A stretch of DNA of 64,000 nt, from the IMG/VR virus record IMGVR_UViG_3300042691_041259, positions 128,001 to 192,000 of that record, one strand, 5' to 3'. Below are positions 30,398 through 40,322 of the stretch, piece by piece. Source of the stretch: a virus (lineage: Duplodnaviria > Caudoviricetes). A program made the translations under genes and the position numbers. The stretch's first letter is position 1. Each line of letters opens with the position of its first letter. A model generated the notes under the pieces. That model had not been told where the DNA came from. It saw only the letters and a program-made list of their open reading frames with translations, and searched no databases.

Positions 30398-33247
30398 TTA
30401 TTTATCGGTGTTTGTAGGTGGTGCTTCTTGTGAAGAATTACCCAGAGATCCGGGTGTTTCAATGTTTATATTTGGACCATTTAGACCAGTGCTTTTTTCG
30501 TTTATGACATCATTTTGTTGAGGCGCCTTTTGATCTACCTTGCCAATTTCTGTATAGTTTGTAATTTCAAGGTCTTTTGAAGGCGTGCTCATAATAACCT
30601 TTCCAAGAGGCTGTTTTAAGATTCTTTCACCTTCTAGTTCTGTCTTACCAAGTTCTGGATTATCACTATTTACAGGAGCCCCCAACAGTATTACCGGATT
30701 AAGATATTTATCTATAGTTTCTGGCCCAACGAGCGGTTCTGTTCCAAGTATTTTTTCTGGAATAGAAGGCCCTTCAAGCGGAACTGCTCCAAAATCTGGA
30801 GTTAAACCAAAATTGCCTTCTCTTGCAATTTCAGGTGATGGCGGTGCTTCTAAATTAACGCTTGTTGGTCTAGTATTACTTAGAGTTGGAGCTGTGAGAT
30901 TCACGGGATCTGGTATAACATTAGAAACCGCCGGCGCTTCTAATTCAGTCTTGGAAACTACGCTCTTTGGAACTGGAGCCCCCGTAAGCTCAGCATTAGC
31001 TGGCATATCCTTACTTGGCTCGGCACCTTCCAGATCAACTTCATTTGCTGCCAGATTTTTTTGAATTTTAGGACCGTCCAAAGAAACATTGCCACCCGTT
31101 CCATCCATGCTAGCCCCACCGTCCTCAAATGAAACATTTGTTGCAGAAGCCGAAGCAACTGGTGGAGCATTTAGATCTACTACTTTTACTGTGATTGGCG
31201 TAGTTGGAACAGAAGTCAAATCCACATTAGTGACTTGATTTGGAGCAACTGGTGGAGCATTTAGATCTACTACTTTTACTGTGATTGGCGTAGTTGGAAC
31301 AGAAGTCAAATCCACATTAGTGACTTGATTTGGAGCAACTGGTGGAGCTTGCAGATCTACCGAATCGACCCTTCCAGTTTCTGATGGCGGAGCTTGTAAA
31401 TCTGTTTGGCCAGGCGGCGAATCTATAATTGCTGGACCTTGAAGATCAACAGCCGTTCCAGTTAAGCCATTGATTTGCGGTTCTACCAGAATAACGCTAG
31501 TTGAGGATGGCGGTCCTAATATAGGGCCTTCCAACGCTACTACTTTATCTGGTGAAGGGCTTATTAAAGGTTCTTCCAATGAAACAGTTGTAGAAGACGC
31601 TGAACCTGCTGGAGGAGCCGCCAACTCTACAGATCCTGCTGGACTATCACTTACGGCTGCCCCTTCAAAAGGAACATTAGTGGCAGTCGGCGCACCTACT
31701 GGAGCGGATTCAAATGGAACCGTTTCCGGAGCTGCTGGACTTGTAGAAGGCGCTATAAAAACTACAGTACCGCCACCTTCTGATATTGGAGGAGCCACTA
31801 AATCTTGTACCGCTGGCGACACCGGTCCTTCTGTTGTTGCTCCATTACTTTCCAGAGCAATATTTGTCAATAGGCTTTCAATAAATGGTGGAGCTTCTAA
31901 TTGAACTTGTTGCGCAATTGCTTGCGCAACTTCTGGAGGAAACGAATCCGCAAACGCGTTTCCAAGAAGAACTCCAGCAACTGCGCCTTGAACGGCATCG
32001 CTAAGCTGCGCGGTTGCAATAGTTGAAACGGTTCCAAGAAGTCCTCCAAGAATTCCGTTTAGCCGGGTATTTTCTTCTCTTAACTGGTTTTGATGTACAG
32101 TTTGTTGCGAGTTGTTAAACACCTCATTTTTTATACCCGATATGTAGCCAATTTCTCTTGAAGGTACACCTCTATCAGCAGGATCCCAAAAATATGATTC
32201 TACCCGATCTTGATTTCGATCAAGCAGCCCTTGTGTATCTTTCAATATCGCTCCCAGAAGACCATAAGTGTTTCTCTCACGAATAATAGGCGTCTTTATC
32301 ACAAATTTGTTTGTAGCTTCTTTATCGGGAAACTTTCCAAGAGCTCCAAAATATGTAGGTGCCTCTTCAAACATATCAAATTCACAGTGTGCAAATTCAA
32401 AAACTAAAAATGTAGCAAGCTCATCAAAATCCTTCATAAGAATAGGATAGTTGGAGTAGTTTCCGGGATCCCTTTGAAGAGTGCTAATAAGCGCATTACT
32501 TAAGCCTGACGCCCACTGTGTATTTGGGACTTGTGCGCTCACCGCACTTTGTATGCCTCTTTCCCCCAAGCCGGGTATGTCTATATTCCCAATTGGTGGA
32601 GCCTGTATTGGATTTTGAAAATTTGCAGCATCTTGAGTTATGTTAGGATCGTTAGTCGCAGGCAATGCATCCGCTGGTCTTTGCATGGAACGTATCTCAG
32701 TAATCACCAGTTCCATCTCAAACTTTCTTAAATTTTCAGGAAGCATCCACCGCATATACACCGAGTCATAACATGCTTTTCTGTATAAATCTATCAAATA
32801 AGTCATTTTTAAATCAATAGATTCAAGAGTTTCAAATGTCAATTTCTTGTCCTTTCCACGAAAACTTTCTGCTGGATTGATTTTCCAAATGTCTTCTAGA
32901 CCAGAAACTTTAGTAATAAACCAAGGCATTCTTTGAATGTTTTGAATACCTTCTATAAATTCTCTGAGCATTTGAGCTCGGGTATATTCTCCTATGTTTT
33001 TAAGGTACTTTATTGCTGAATCTGGATGATCCTCATTGTAAAATAAGCCGCCTGGCCAAGTATCAAAATCGCCCGTCACATCTTTATATGGAAGCTGATT
33101 AAGATCTTTGAATCTTACATAAAACCCAATGTAAGTAGGATCTTCATAATCCTTGAACTTATTTGGACGCGTAGTTGCGTACTCATTTCTCCAAGAAGGA
33201 GAACTGTATTGTAAGAACTTTCTGGTGACCGAGTCGGTAAATTGCAT
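30398..33247 (-). CDS. Tail-tube-fold/baseplate protein with long 15-aa repeat C-terminal region (949 aa)
   Basis: The N-terminal ~320 aa look like a tube-type fold (LESIDLKMTYLIDLYRKACYD, FLVFEFAHCEFD); the C-terminal half has more than 20 xxVxL(E/Q)(G/A)P repeats. Confidence 0.6.
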   Translation of the reverse strand: MQFTDSVTRKFLQYSSPSWRNEYATTRPNKFKDYEDPTYIGFYVRFKDLNQLPYKDVTGDFDTWPGGLFYNEDHPDSAIKYLKNIGEYTRAQMLREFIEGIQNIQRMPWFITKVSGLEDIWKINPAESFRGKDKKLTFETLESIDLKMTYLIDLYRKACYDSVYMRWMLPENLRKFEMELVITEIRSMQRPADALPATNDPNITQDAANFQNPIQAPPIGNIDIPGLGERGIQSAVSAQVPNTQWASGLSNALISTLQRDPGNYSNYPILMKDFDELATFLVFEFAHCEFDMFEEAPTYFGALGKFPDKEATNKFVIKTPIIRERNTYGLLGAILKDTQGLLDRNQDRVESYFWDPADRGVPSREIGYISGIKNEVFNNSQQTVHQNQLREENTRLNGILGGLLGTVSTIATAQLSDAVQGAVAGVLLGNAFADSFPPEVAQAIAQQVQLEAPPFIESLLTNIALESNGATTEGPVSPAVQDLVAPPISEGGGTVVFIAPSTSPAAPETVPFESAPVGAPTATNVPFEGAAVSDSPAGSVELAAPPAGSASSTTVSLEEPLISPSPDKVVALEGPILGPPSSTSVILVEPQINGLTGTAVDLQGPAIIDSPPGQTDLQAPPSETGRVDSVDLQAPPVAPNQVTNVDLTSVPTTPITVKVVDLNAPPVAPNQVTNVDLTSVPTTPITVKVVDLNAPPVASASATNVSFEDGGASMDGTGGNVSLDGPKIQKNLAANEVDLEGAEPSKDMPANAELTGAPVPKSVVSKTELEAPAVSNVIPDPVNLTAPTLSNTRPTSVNLEAPPSPEIAREGNFGLTPDFGAVPLEGPSIPEKILGTEPLVGPETIDKYLNPVILLGAPVNSDNPELGKTELEGERILKQPLGKVIMSTPSKDLEITNYTEIGKVDQKAPQQNDVINEKSTGLNGPNINIETPGSLGNSSQEAPPTNTDK
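30399..30406 (-). promoter_or_regulatory. Late-promoter-like motif GATAAATA (overlaps the upstream TAA)
   Basis: 7 nt upstream of the gp5-like ATG. Confidence 0.5.
31154..31348. repeat. Perfect 90-bp tandem duplication (2 units plus 15 nt)
   Basis: agcaactggtggagcatttagatctac... recurs identically at 31154 and 31244 and partially at 31334; encodes APPVAPNQVTNVDLTSVPTTPITVKVVDLN twice. Confidence 0.95.
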
Positions 33248-33262
33248 TCAGGCTATATATTT

Positions 33263-34780
33263 TTATATTGGGGTTGGCCATTCTCTACGAGTAAGAACCA
33301 TAGTTTGTGTAAAACCAGGAGATTCGCCAGCATTTATGTCTGACGAAACTGTTTTGCTTTGTGGACTATAATTTATTCTCATGCCGGAAACCATGTAGTA
33401 GCCGCTATAAAATTTATCAGGAAGCATTGGCGGATACGCAGCAGAAACGTTCCCAGCCTCGGGCGGCGTTGCTACTGTTTGGTATCGCAAATCTCCACCT
33501 ACAAAAATAATCAATGGCAGTCTTTCTCCTCTATAGATATTAAAGTTTCCATTCTCGAGTTGCGCTTCCACATACATTTTTTGAAGTTCCGCATTGTTTC
33601 TTAAGTTCCAATTTTTTGCAAAATTGTATTTTTGATGACAGTTTCCTTCAGGAGCAGAGTATTGTATGCCTTCCCAGCGATATCGATTTTGTGTTTTCCA
33701 ATACTCTTCTTTAGGTGCACCAGGTTTTGTAGCCCGCCCTTTAAGTATTATTTTGTCAGCTTCCGCTCCATCGGTAGTAAGCGGATCCGTAAATAGTGAC
33801 CAATATTGTTCCGAGTTTTGTTCAAAAAACATTGTGTATGTTTTGTATCCATGCTCTTGGTTTACTACATTACTGGCATTTTTCATGTTAAAATAATGAA
33901 TATACGCCGAGGTGCCTTTAAGATCTTCCCAATTTGACAGCATCTTAGGAACTTCGCCCGTCGCCTTTTCCAGCGTTTTTCCCATAAGCTCTGCATTTAT
34001 AGAGTCGTTAAATTTCAAATTTGTCAGCAATTGCATATCAAGATCCGTGCTTTCATTAAATTGGTTATTGACGTTTACAAAATTTAAGTTGTAGTAAAGA
34101 TCAATAAACACGTTAAAGAAACTTTTTTCATCTTTCCATGCGTGATCCGCAATATCGTTAATTAAATTGTAGTAGTCGCCTCCTGGGTTAATCCACACTT
34201 GGCTGTCATCAGTTTCTGTATCATTGGAAGCAAACCCTAGCTGCAATTCTTTTGCAATTTCTTTTAGTACTTCATAGCTTGTTCCCTTGTAAGATTTGAT
34301 GATCTCATCATATAAATGTGGAACAAAAAGTTCTCCGCTAATTGTAAAAACTGCATTGCGGCCTTCCTGGTTACCATCGGTAGAACGTACACTAGTTATA
34401 CGGTAATCATTTCTAATAGGCTTAAATGCATTATTTCTAGCCCTGATAAAGACTGACATAATGTCGCCATCTTTAGGTATTGCTTGAGAGGTAAACGTTT
34501 TTGATTTTACGCCAGCCTTCATTCTTACTGTTGGAATAAAAGAATTGCAATTTATCTCAAACGTTTCAATTTCAGTGTTAGCAAATATGTAATTGTTAAT
34601 ACTTACAAATGGATAATTTGTACCAAGATCTTTACTTTGTTGAATACTTTTGTCATAGCCTGCTAGACCAGCTTCTGTGGATTGCTCACTCGTACCTGTG
34701 TCTAGATCTCCGATTGACATTGTGTCCAGCGGAATTGCTGGATCTACTAAAGATCTTATGATGGATTTTTCCTGCTGCAT
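33263..34780 (-). CDS. Baseplate hub protein, gp27/GpD-like
   Basis: KGTSYEVLKEIAKELQLGF and YSGYYMVSGMRINY...QTMVLTRREW patterns; position between the LysM/gp53-like and spike genes. Confidence 0.65.
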   Translation of the reverse strand: MQQEKSIIRSLVDPAIPLDTMSIGDLDTGTSEQSTEAGLAGYDKSIQQSKDLGTNYPFVSINNYIFANTEIETFEINCNSFIPTVRMKAGVKSKTFTSQAIPKDGDIMSVFIRARNNAFKPIRNDYRITSVRSTDGNQEGRNAVFTISGELFVPHLYDEIIKSYKGTSYEVLKEIAKELQLGFASNDTETDDSQVWINPGGDYYNLINDIADHAWKDEKSFFNVFIDLYYNLNFVNVNNQFNESTDLDMQLLTNLKFNDSINAELMGKTLEKATGEVPKMLSNWEDLKGTSAYIHYFNMKNASNVVNQEHGYKTYTMFFEQNSEQYWSLFTDPLTTDGAEADKIILKGRATKPGAPKEEYWKTQNRYRWEGIQYSAPEGNCHQKYNFAKNWNLRNNAELQKMYVEAQLENGNFNIYRGERLPLIIFVGGDLRYQTVATPPEAGNVSAAYPPMLPDKFYSGYYMVSGMRINYSPQSKTVSSDINAGESPGFTQTMVLTRREWPTPI

Positions 34781-34785
34781 ATACT

Positions 34786-35397
34786 TTATCTGTTAATACG
34801 GTTCTTAATAAGTTTTGCCAAAAATTCGCTTTTAGTTAGCGGCTCCTCACATTCGTTTCCATTTTTGCTTACGTTAGGACCAAAGAAGATTTTGCCCCCT
34901 TTGATTTCAATTTCCTTGTCTCCAATATTTGCAAAATTTGGAGGTAGCGCTGGAGCGGTTTTAGAAGGATCTGCTGCTTTTGGCTTATCTCTCTTGTCAT
35001 ATTTTCCAAGATTTGGATCAAGACTGGAAGCCTTTCCAGGATCAATATATTGACTACGAATGTCTTGCTTTTGTTTTTGGTTTCCTGCTGTAGAAGACAT
35101 ATTCATATTTGCATTCATCAAATCAGGAACATATAACAAGTCTCCGGTATCAATTGTAAACGGATTGCTAATGCCGTTCATTTTAAGCATTTTCTCAGAA
35201 TGATTTAATGAGCCTAAAGTAATTTGCGAAATTAAATCAATTCTCATCTCAGTTTCGTCGTTCACTAATATGTAATTTGTGAACAATATGGGAGTAGTTA
35301 TATTGACAGACGCTTGCGTCAAATCAACAATATCGTCACCATTTTCCAATCGAATGATTGGTTTTTTGTCAATTGTTGCGGGAAGTTCTATTGGCAT
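34786..35397 (-). CDS. Baseplate protein, gp53/LysM-like
   Basis: MRIDLISQITLGSLNHSEKMLKMNGISNPFTIDTGDLLYVP is a LysM-like motif. Confidence 0.75.
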   Translation of the reverse strand: MPIELPATIDKKPIIRLENGDDIVDLTQASVNITTPILFTNYILVNDETEMRIDLISQITLGSLNHSEKMLKMNGISNPFTIDTGDLLYVPDLMNANMNMSSTAGNQKQKQDIRSQYIDPGKASSLDPNLGKYDKRDKPKAADPSKTAPALPPNFANIGDKEIEIKGGKIFFGPNVSKNGNECEEPLTKSEFLAKLIKNRINR

Positions 35398-35399
35398 TG

Positions 35400-37610
35400 T
35401 TATGCTATACTCTTTTTATTATATCCTAATCCGGTTTTGGCAGCAAATTCAGAGTAAACTTTCTTTGCACCAGTAATTGCGGCATTTGCTCCACGATCCG
35501 CATCAGTAGGGTCTCCAAAGAGAATACCTCTGCGTGTTCTATTTCCGTTTGGCGTAGGGCTACCAGTTCCGGTAGAGCCTTCTCCGTTTCTACCAAGAGT
35601 ATTATTGTACCCGCCACCAGGACCGTATCCTCCGCCTGCCCCTACATTACCATTACTATTGCTACTGCCGCCTGTAAACGGATCCACGTTTGATTGCGAT
35701 GATGAAGACCATGTTTTTTCATATCCGGGAGGCAGAGAATAAAGTCGGCCACCACCGCCATTAAACATAGATTCAATAGCGTCACGATCCCGAGGCCTTC
35801 CGTGTTCTAGGGATATTGTGGCTTTAAGTTCTGTAGGAAAGTCGTCAGGGCCTAGCTCATCACTAAATTCAAATTTGCATCCAGTGCAGATTAAATTTCC
35901 TATCATCATCATCGGATTGAAAGGGTTTCCCACGGTTAAGTGCCATTCACCGGTTGGCTCTCCTGTAAGAATTGCTTTAATACCCGACGCAAATCCACCT
36001 TTTTGAGTTGTATTTTTCATATGGAGTTGCATACCTCCAGCCGCTAATCCTTTAAGCGCCTCAATAGGATCTTCCATCGCTGCGTTAAGAAAGTCGGAAA
36101 TTGCGCCGGCTGCTTTTTCAAATTGGCTCGCAACCGTTTCTAAGAATCCTCCCACATCCCCTCTCATCCAAGCAGCACGGCCAGCAGGCCCGCCAAGAAA
36201 AGGAGCCGTATTTCCAGGAGCTCCTGGGCGAAAGCGGTTAGAACCTCCCCAAAATGTTGCGGTGGCGGTTGTAAGCATCATTAAGTTAGACATTATATCT
36301 AGCATTGCTGCTTTGGTGTTTATGCCACCAATACTTCGAGCACTGTATTCAAAAACCAAATCAATTTTGTGAGTAAATTTCAATCCGCGCTCTCGGGCTT
36401 TAACACTATCTATCACATTAACGTGACCTATGATTTTGTTATTCCAAGGGCCATCTTCATACGGATCTGGCGGCGCTTGCCCATTAGTTGCATTTTTTGT
36501 CTGACCGTAGTCTCCGGATACTAATCCTAAAAAAGATGCGATACCGGGAAACGGACCCCCACCTTCTACGTCTCCAGGACTGCCTGGCGTAACCACATTA
36601 ACTTGTGCTGTAAGGTCCTTCCATTTTAGACCGGTTTCAATCGGTCCAAGAATTGTGGATATCTTGTTTCCAGTAGTTTCTCCTAACCAGGTAACGGCTT
36701 GCGCAATTGGTCTTAGAGTTTCTGGAGTATAACCCGAAGTATTTCGTGGGTTGTTTTCGCCTTCCGCTTCTAGGTTATCTGATGTTGGAAACGGAAATCT
36801 TCTCAATGTAATTAGGTAATTGTTTGGAACCAGGTTCCAGTATTTGCAATATGCAAAATCTTGAAAGCGATACGGCTTTTTATTTACATTGTCAGGCTCC
36901 TGGCTCCATGCTACAATTTCAGTGACAGATGGAGATTTGTAACGATGCAGTCTTTGTTGATTTGCCTGGTCCACCTCATACCATCGAGGCTGATTTTCCT
37001 GGTCCATCAATTTTGCTAAATAATCTTGATCTTTTGAACCTTTGAATTGCTGGAAACCAATGTAAGCGTTTGGATTCATCAGTGCGGGAACGCCTCTAAA
37101 TTGCTCGACCCCTGGTCGCTTTTCAATATCCTCTTCAGGTAGATTCTGAGCAGATACAAGTGCCCCGGTTTGCTGAGTGTCTGCAGCATCTTGCGGAAAA
37201 ACAAAACCTTCAACTAGCGGCTTAGCCTCTTCCGCGCTAAAGCTATATACCAATTTCTCTGAGGCATTACTGTAAATCAATCGAGGATCAGTTGGAATAA
37301 GAGTTAACGCCCCAGGTGTTTGACCAGATCCATCATTGGTTATTCCTCCCAATGCTTGTGGCGTTTCAGACACTGGTTGATACCCAGAAACGTTTTCAGT
37401 TAAAAAGTCAATTGCCAAAAACTCGTTTTCAATCAGACGATAGCCATCTGGCGGAAAAAGCAGTTTGTCTGCCTCAAAAATTGCTGGATCCGTTGATCTG
37501 TAATAAACGGATTCACCTTCGCGTCTCACAAATGTAAACGGCTTTGAAGAAAGGTTTACAGCCGTATTTGCTGCGTTGATAGCATCTGTTAACGTACTAA
37601 AATTAGGCAT
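35400..37610 (-). CDS. Putative tail tube initiator/baseplate protein (736 aa)
   Basis: WHLTVGNPFNPMMMIGNLICTGCKFEFSDELGPDDFPTELKATISL resembles tube-initiator C-terminal domains; first gene after a late motif. Confidence 0.55.
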   Translation of the reverse strand: MPNFSTLTDAINAANTAVNLSSKPFTFVRREGESVYYRSTDPAIFEADKLLFPPDGYRLIENEFLAIDFLTENVSGYQPVSETPQALGGITNDGSGQTPGALTLIPTDPRLIYSNASEKLVYSFSAEEAKPLVEGFVFPQDAADTQQTGALVSAQNLPEEDIEKRPGVEQFRGVPALMNPNAYIGFQQFKGSKDQDYLAKLMDQENQPRWYEVDQANQQRLHRYKSPSVTEIVAWSQEPDNVNKKPYRFQDFAYCKYWNLVPNNYLITLRRFPFPTSDNLEAEGENNPRNTSGYTPETLRPIAQAVTWLGETTGNKISTILGPIETGLKWKDLTAQVNVVTPGSPGDVEGGGPFPGIASFLGLVSGDYGQTKNATNGQAPPDPYEDGPWNNKIIGHVNVIDSVKARERGLKFTHKIDLVFEYSARSIGGINTKAAMLDIMSNLMMLTTATATFWGGSNRFRPGAPGNTAPFLGGPAGRAAWMRGDVGGFLETVASQFEKAAGAISDFLNAAMEDPIEALKGLAAGGMQLHMKNTTQKGGFASGIKAILTGEPTGEWHLTVGNPFNPMMMIGNLICTGCKFEFSDELGPDDFPTELKATISLEHGRPRDRDAIESMFNGGGGRLYSLPPGYEKTWSSSSQSNVDPFTGGSSNSNGNVGAGGGYGPGGGYNNTLGRNGEGSTGTGSPTPNGNRTRRGILFGDPTDADRGANAAITGAKKVYSEFAAKTGLGYNKKSIA

Positions 37611-37624
37611 ATATGAGCAATTAC

Positions 37625-37678
37625 TTTTTTCTATATATCATCTAATTGATAGAATGTATCTCTGATATATAGAAAAAA
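37625..37678. promoter_or_regulatory. Divergent late-promoter pair forming a perfect 16-bp inverted repeat
   Basis: ttttttctatatatca (37625-37640) and tgatatatagaaaaaa (37663-37678) with a 22-nt spacer, between divergent genes. Confidence 0.7.
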
Positions 37679-37687
37679 TTCAATAGC

Positions 37688-37960
37688 ATGAGCACAAAAA
37701 CCTATAACGAGTTCTTCAAAAGAGTCAACGAGGAGGAGGAAGGCAGAATGTATCTTAATGATCTTCAGGAGATTTCTACCTTTGCCGCGCAAATTCGCGA
37801 AATGATCGCGCCAGAAGACGAATTGGAAGCTTGGGTCCAGGACAAAATCACGATTGCTCATCATAACATGGACGCCATTTTAGGTTACCTTAAGTCTCTT
37901 GAAAAGGGAGGGACTAATTCAACTTCTGTTGGCGGTTCTACCAATATGAATCTAGGCTAA
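37688..37960 (+). CDS. Small putative internal head protein (MSTKTYNEFFKRVNE; LEAWVQDKIT domain)
   Basis: N-terminus very close to T4 MKTYQEFIAE; preceded by a late motif. Confidence 0.7.
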   Translation: MSTKTYNEFFKRVNEEEEGRMYLNDLQEISTFAAQIREMIAPEDELEAWVQDKITIAHHNMDAILGYLKSLEKGGTNSTSVGGSTNMNLG

Positions 37961-37962
37961 CC

Positions 37963-38124
37963 ATGAAAAGATCCTTGCGATTTGGTAAAGATATGATGCC
38001 TAGGAAAGAGAAGCCAAAAACGGTGCTTTCTAAAAAGCCCAGGCCTTTTCGCAAAATGAAAAGAGTCTCCATTAAAATGGAGACTCTGAATTTGCAAAAG
38101 GATCTTGAGGATGACGCAGCTTAG
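37963..38124 (+). CDS. Small basic protein (53 aa, MKRSLRFGKDMMPRKEKPK...), below the ORF-track cutoff
   Basis: ATG 2 nt after the preceding stop; open to TAG at 38122-38124; Lys/Arg-rich. Confidence 0.4.
   Translation: MKRSLRFGKDMMPRKEKPKTVLSKKPRPFRKMKRVSIKMETLNLQKDLEDDAA
38053..38087 (-). terminator. Rho-independent terminator at a convergent junction
   Basis: Perfect 11-bp stem AGAGTCTCCAT/ATGGAGACTCT followed on the minus strand by TTTCATTTT. Confidence 0.65.
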
Positions 38125-38570
38125 TATTCATCGGGAAGCTCATCTATCCATTTCAGTAGGCTGTTATCAGCAGTTCTGCAGTCTACAATATGAATCTTTT
38201 TCATGGATGGAAAGAACGTGACTCCATCAAAGAGCTCAAAGTAGTTTTCATCTTTATTCTCTTCAGTCAAAAAATACACGCTTTCGATATCCGTGCTTTC
38301 ATTTACGTAAAAGATTATGAATCTTATGATATCCTCATTTAGATTGGGATTGCAGTAAATGATTGAGTGGGCTCTTCTTGCTCTGGAAACCGCGCGGATT
38401 TGATTTTTGATCTCTTCGTTTACCAAAAAGCTGGTATAACTGTCGAGTTCCTGTTCACCATACCCCATCTGCTCAATGATTTCTGAAACAGAAATCACAT
38501 GCTGCTTTCTCATATTTAAGAAAGCTTTTTTTAGCTTTTCACGTGGTGCCCGAGTAATATAGAGTTTCAT
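38121..38570 (-). CDS. Hypothetical protein (149 aa)
   Basis: ORF in operon; no motif recognised. Confidence 0.65.
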   Translation of the reverse strand: MKLYITRAPREKLKKAFLNMRKQHVISVSEIIEQMGYGEQELDSYTSFLVNEEIKNQIRAVSRARRAHSIIYCNPNLNEDIIRFIIFYVNESTDIESVYFLTEENKDENYFELFDGVTFFPSMKKIHIVDCRTADNSLLKWIDELPDEY

Positions 38571-38591
38571 AAGAGGATTTTCTTAATATAT

Positions 38592-38924
38592 TCACCCTCT
38601 CATTTGAACCTTTCGTGCTTCTTCTTTTGCACGTTTTTTCTCGGCTTTTTTCTGCTCTACTTGACGATTGTTTTCCAATATGGCTTCAGCAGCTTCGCGT
38701 GTATATCCGCTGCTAACCAGGCTTTCAATTTGCTTTGAATGCAGTTCAGCCTCTTCGTTAATTCGAAGATTTTCCTGTTCCTGCTTTTTCATTAAGACAG
38801 CCTGCTTAACGTACTCAAGCTTTCTTCTTTTGATTTCTTCTTGCTGTTCGCGTGGAAGGACCTTTTCCATTTTGTGAAGGCCCATTTGCTTTTCGGTGAG
38901 TCTGCGCTCTTTTCTATTTTGCAT
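38592..38924 (-). CDS. Hypothetical coiled-coil protein (110 aa)
   Basis: E/K/R/Q-rich helical ORF in operon. Confidence 0.65.
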   Translation of the reverse strand: MQNRKERRLTEKQMGLHKMEKVLPREQQEEIKRRKLEYVKQAVLMKKQEQENLRINEEAELHSKQIESLVSSGYTREAAEAILENNRQVEQKKAEKKRAKEEARKVQMRG

Positions 38925-39450
38925 TTTTGAAAGATTTACGATACATAATGTTAAACAGTCTCAAAAAGGATCCTAGAACTAGGAGCTCATTAGTGAGCAC
39001 TGCCTCATTGACATCTGTCATTTTTAGTGTAGATTTGCTCTCTTGTGAAGAACCATCGGTTGACGGCGATCCTTGCTCCATACCGGTTACGTCCACTGCA
39101 AAAGTTGGAATTTCTCGATTGGAATCTTTGGAATCATGAAAGGTTCCTAGAAATAGCCATTTGTCAGGAGATTCACCGCGCATATCAAATCCGCCTTCTT
39201 CAAAAAGTTCTCTAACAGCGGTAGCGTACGCATCCTCATCAGAATCATCAATACTACCAGTGATCAGGGTATTTGCATAATTGCCTTCGCGCAATGTATT
39301 CCACTCATGAAGAATACCAATCTGCTCCACAATTCCATTTGCGTCTACGGTATATGGCAATACCGCTACAGAATTTCTCTTAATAAGCAATCCGTGCTTA
39401 TCTCCGGTATTGACAAAATCAAAAAACGGAGTTTCAAACAATACTTTCAT
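38914..39450 (-). CDS. Nudix hydrolase
   Basis: Nudix box GSIDDSDEDAYATAVRELFEEGG. Confidence 0.9.
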   Translation of the reverse strand: MKVLFETPFFDFVNTGDKHGLLIKRNSVAVLPYTVDANGIVEQIGILHEWNTLREGNYANTLITGSIDDSDEDAYATAVRELFEEGGFDMRGESPDKWLFLGTFHDSKDSNREIPTFAVDVTGMEQGSPSTDGSSQESKSTLKMTDVNEAVLTNELLVLGSFLRLFNIMYRKSFKNAK

Positions 39451-39973
39451 TTGCTTTCTTTCTTTTCTTTGTTACCTCTTCTACTTTTTTGAAGAGAATT
39501 GCTTCCACTTGTTTCATTAGTACATTTTGATCCACGGAATCTACCAGGTATTCGCCAATTAAACGAGTGCCGTTTTCGTACGAATCATCAATTACTTTAA
39601 TAAGCTCATCGGAAGGCATACTTACTGTGATGGATATTTCCATCTTTACGTTTTTCTTTTTGCTTCTATTCAGCAGGTCAAAAACTGGATTTGATCCAGC
39701 CTGCTGTTGTGTTGCTACCGGTGATTCGGTTCTTTGAGTATGTCTCATTATTTGATTTGGTTGAGGATCCACAACAAATGCAGCGTTTGCTGCGCTTTCA
39801 ATTGGAACAATCCACTCTCCAACAAGTTGCATATTGCATTGAGAACCATCTTCAAATATGAGATACTCAATGTTATCGTCAATGATGGTTTCTCCTGTTG
39901 ACTTTATGATTTGTCCCATTCGTTCTCCTCGAACCCATTGGAACATTCCTGGTTTAGTTACGTCTTTAATCAT
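39434..39973 (-). CDS. Hypothetical protein (about 179 aa; start MIKDVTKPG)
   Basis: The track's 85-codon N-terminal extension overlaps another gene; 39973 is the parsimonious start. Confidence 0.6.
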   Translation of the reverse strand: MIKDVTKPGMFQWVRGERMGQIIKSTGETIIDDNIEYLIFEDGSQCNMQLVGEWIVPIESAANAAFVVDPQPNQIMRHTQRTESPVATQQQAGSNPVFDLLNRSKKKNVKMEISITVSMPSDELIKVIDDSYENGTRLIGEYLVDSVDQNVLMKQVEAILFKKVEEVTKKRKKANESIV

Positions 39974-39992
39974 TTCAAGGTTATTTGAGGTC

Positions 39993-40322
39993 TTAGAGTT
40001 TGACCCATTTATTGTACTCGTTGAAGTATTCTCGTGTCCACTCGGCTTCGATTTTTTGGAAAATCCATCCCAGCATTTCTTCACGAAATCCTTCCAAGAA
40101 TTTTTCGATTTGTTCTTCATAGCTGCCTCCACTGGTTTGGTGGTTAAGTTCGGAAACAGAGACCCTAAAGGTATGTCGGGTTTCTTTAATTCTCCAGAAG
40201 AAAAATTGGGCCCCTCCGATGTCATCATATCCGTATTCTATTGTAAGGGGTTCCCAGCCATCAGGTTGCAGCGGGAATTCTCCTCGGTAATAAAGCTCAT
40301 CAAAATCTTTATGATAAGGCAT
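39993..40322 (-). CDS. Hypothetical protein (start MPYHKDF)
   Basis: Natural composition; start chosen to minimise overlap with the upstream gene. Confidence 0.6.
   Translation of the reverse strand: MPYHKDFDELYYRGEFPLQPDGWEPLTIEYGYDDIGGAQFFFWRIKETRHTFRVSVSELNHQTSGGSYEEQIEKFLEGFREEMLGWIFQKIEAEWTREYFNEYNKWVKL

Noticed and set aside
38586-38615. Possible eighth copy of the early promoter motif (GAATATAT) upstream of 38570
   Set aside because: It lacks the AAAC(C/T)TT element at the conserved distance.
39974-40228. 85-codon N-terminal extension of ORF 39434-40228
   Set aside because: It overlaps the more protein-like ORF ending at 39993; an ATG at 39973 gives normal spacing.
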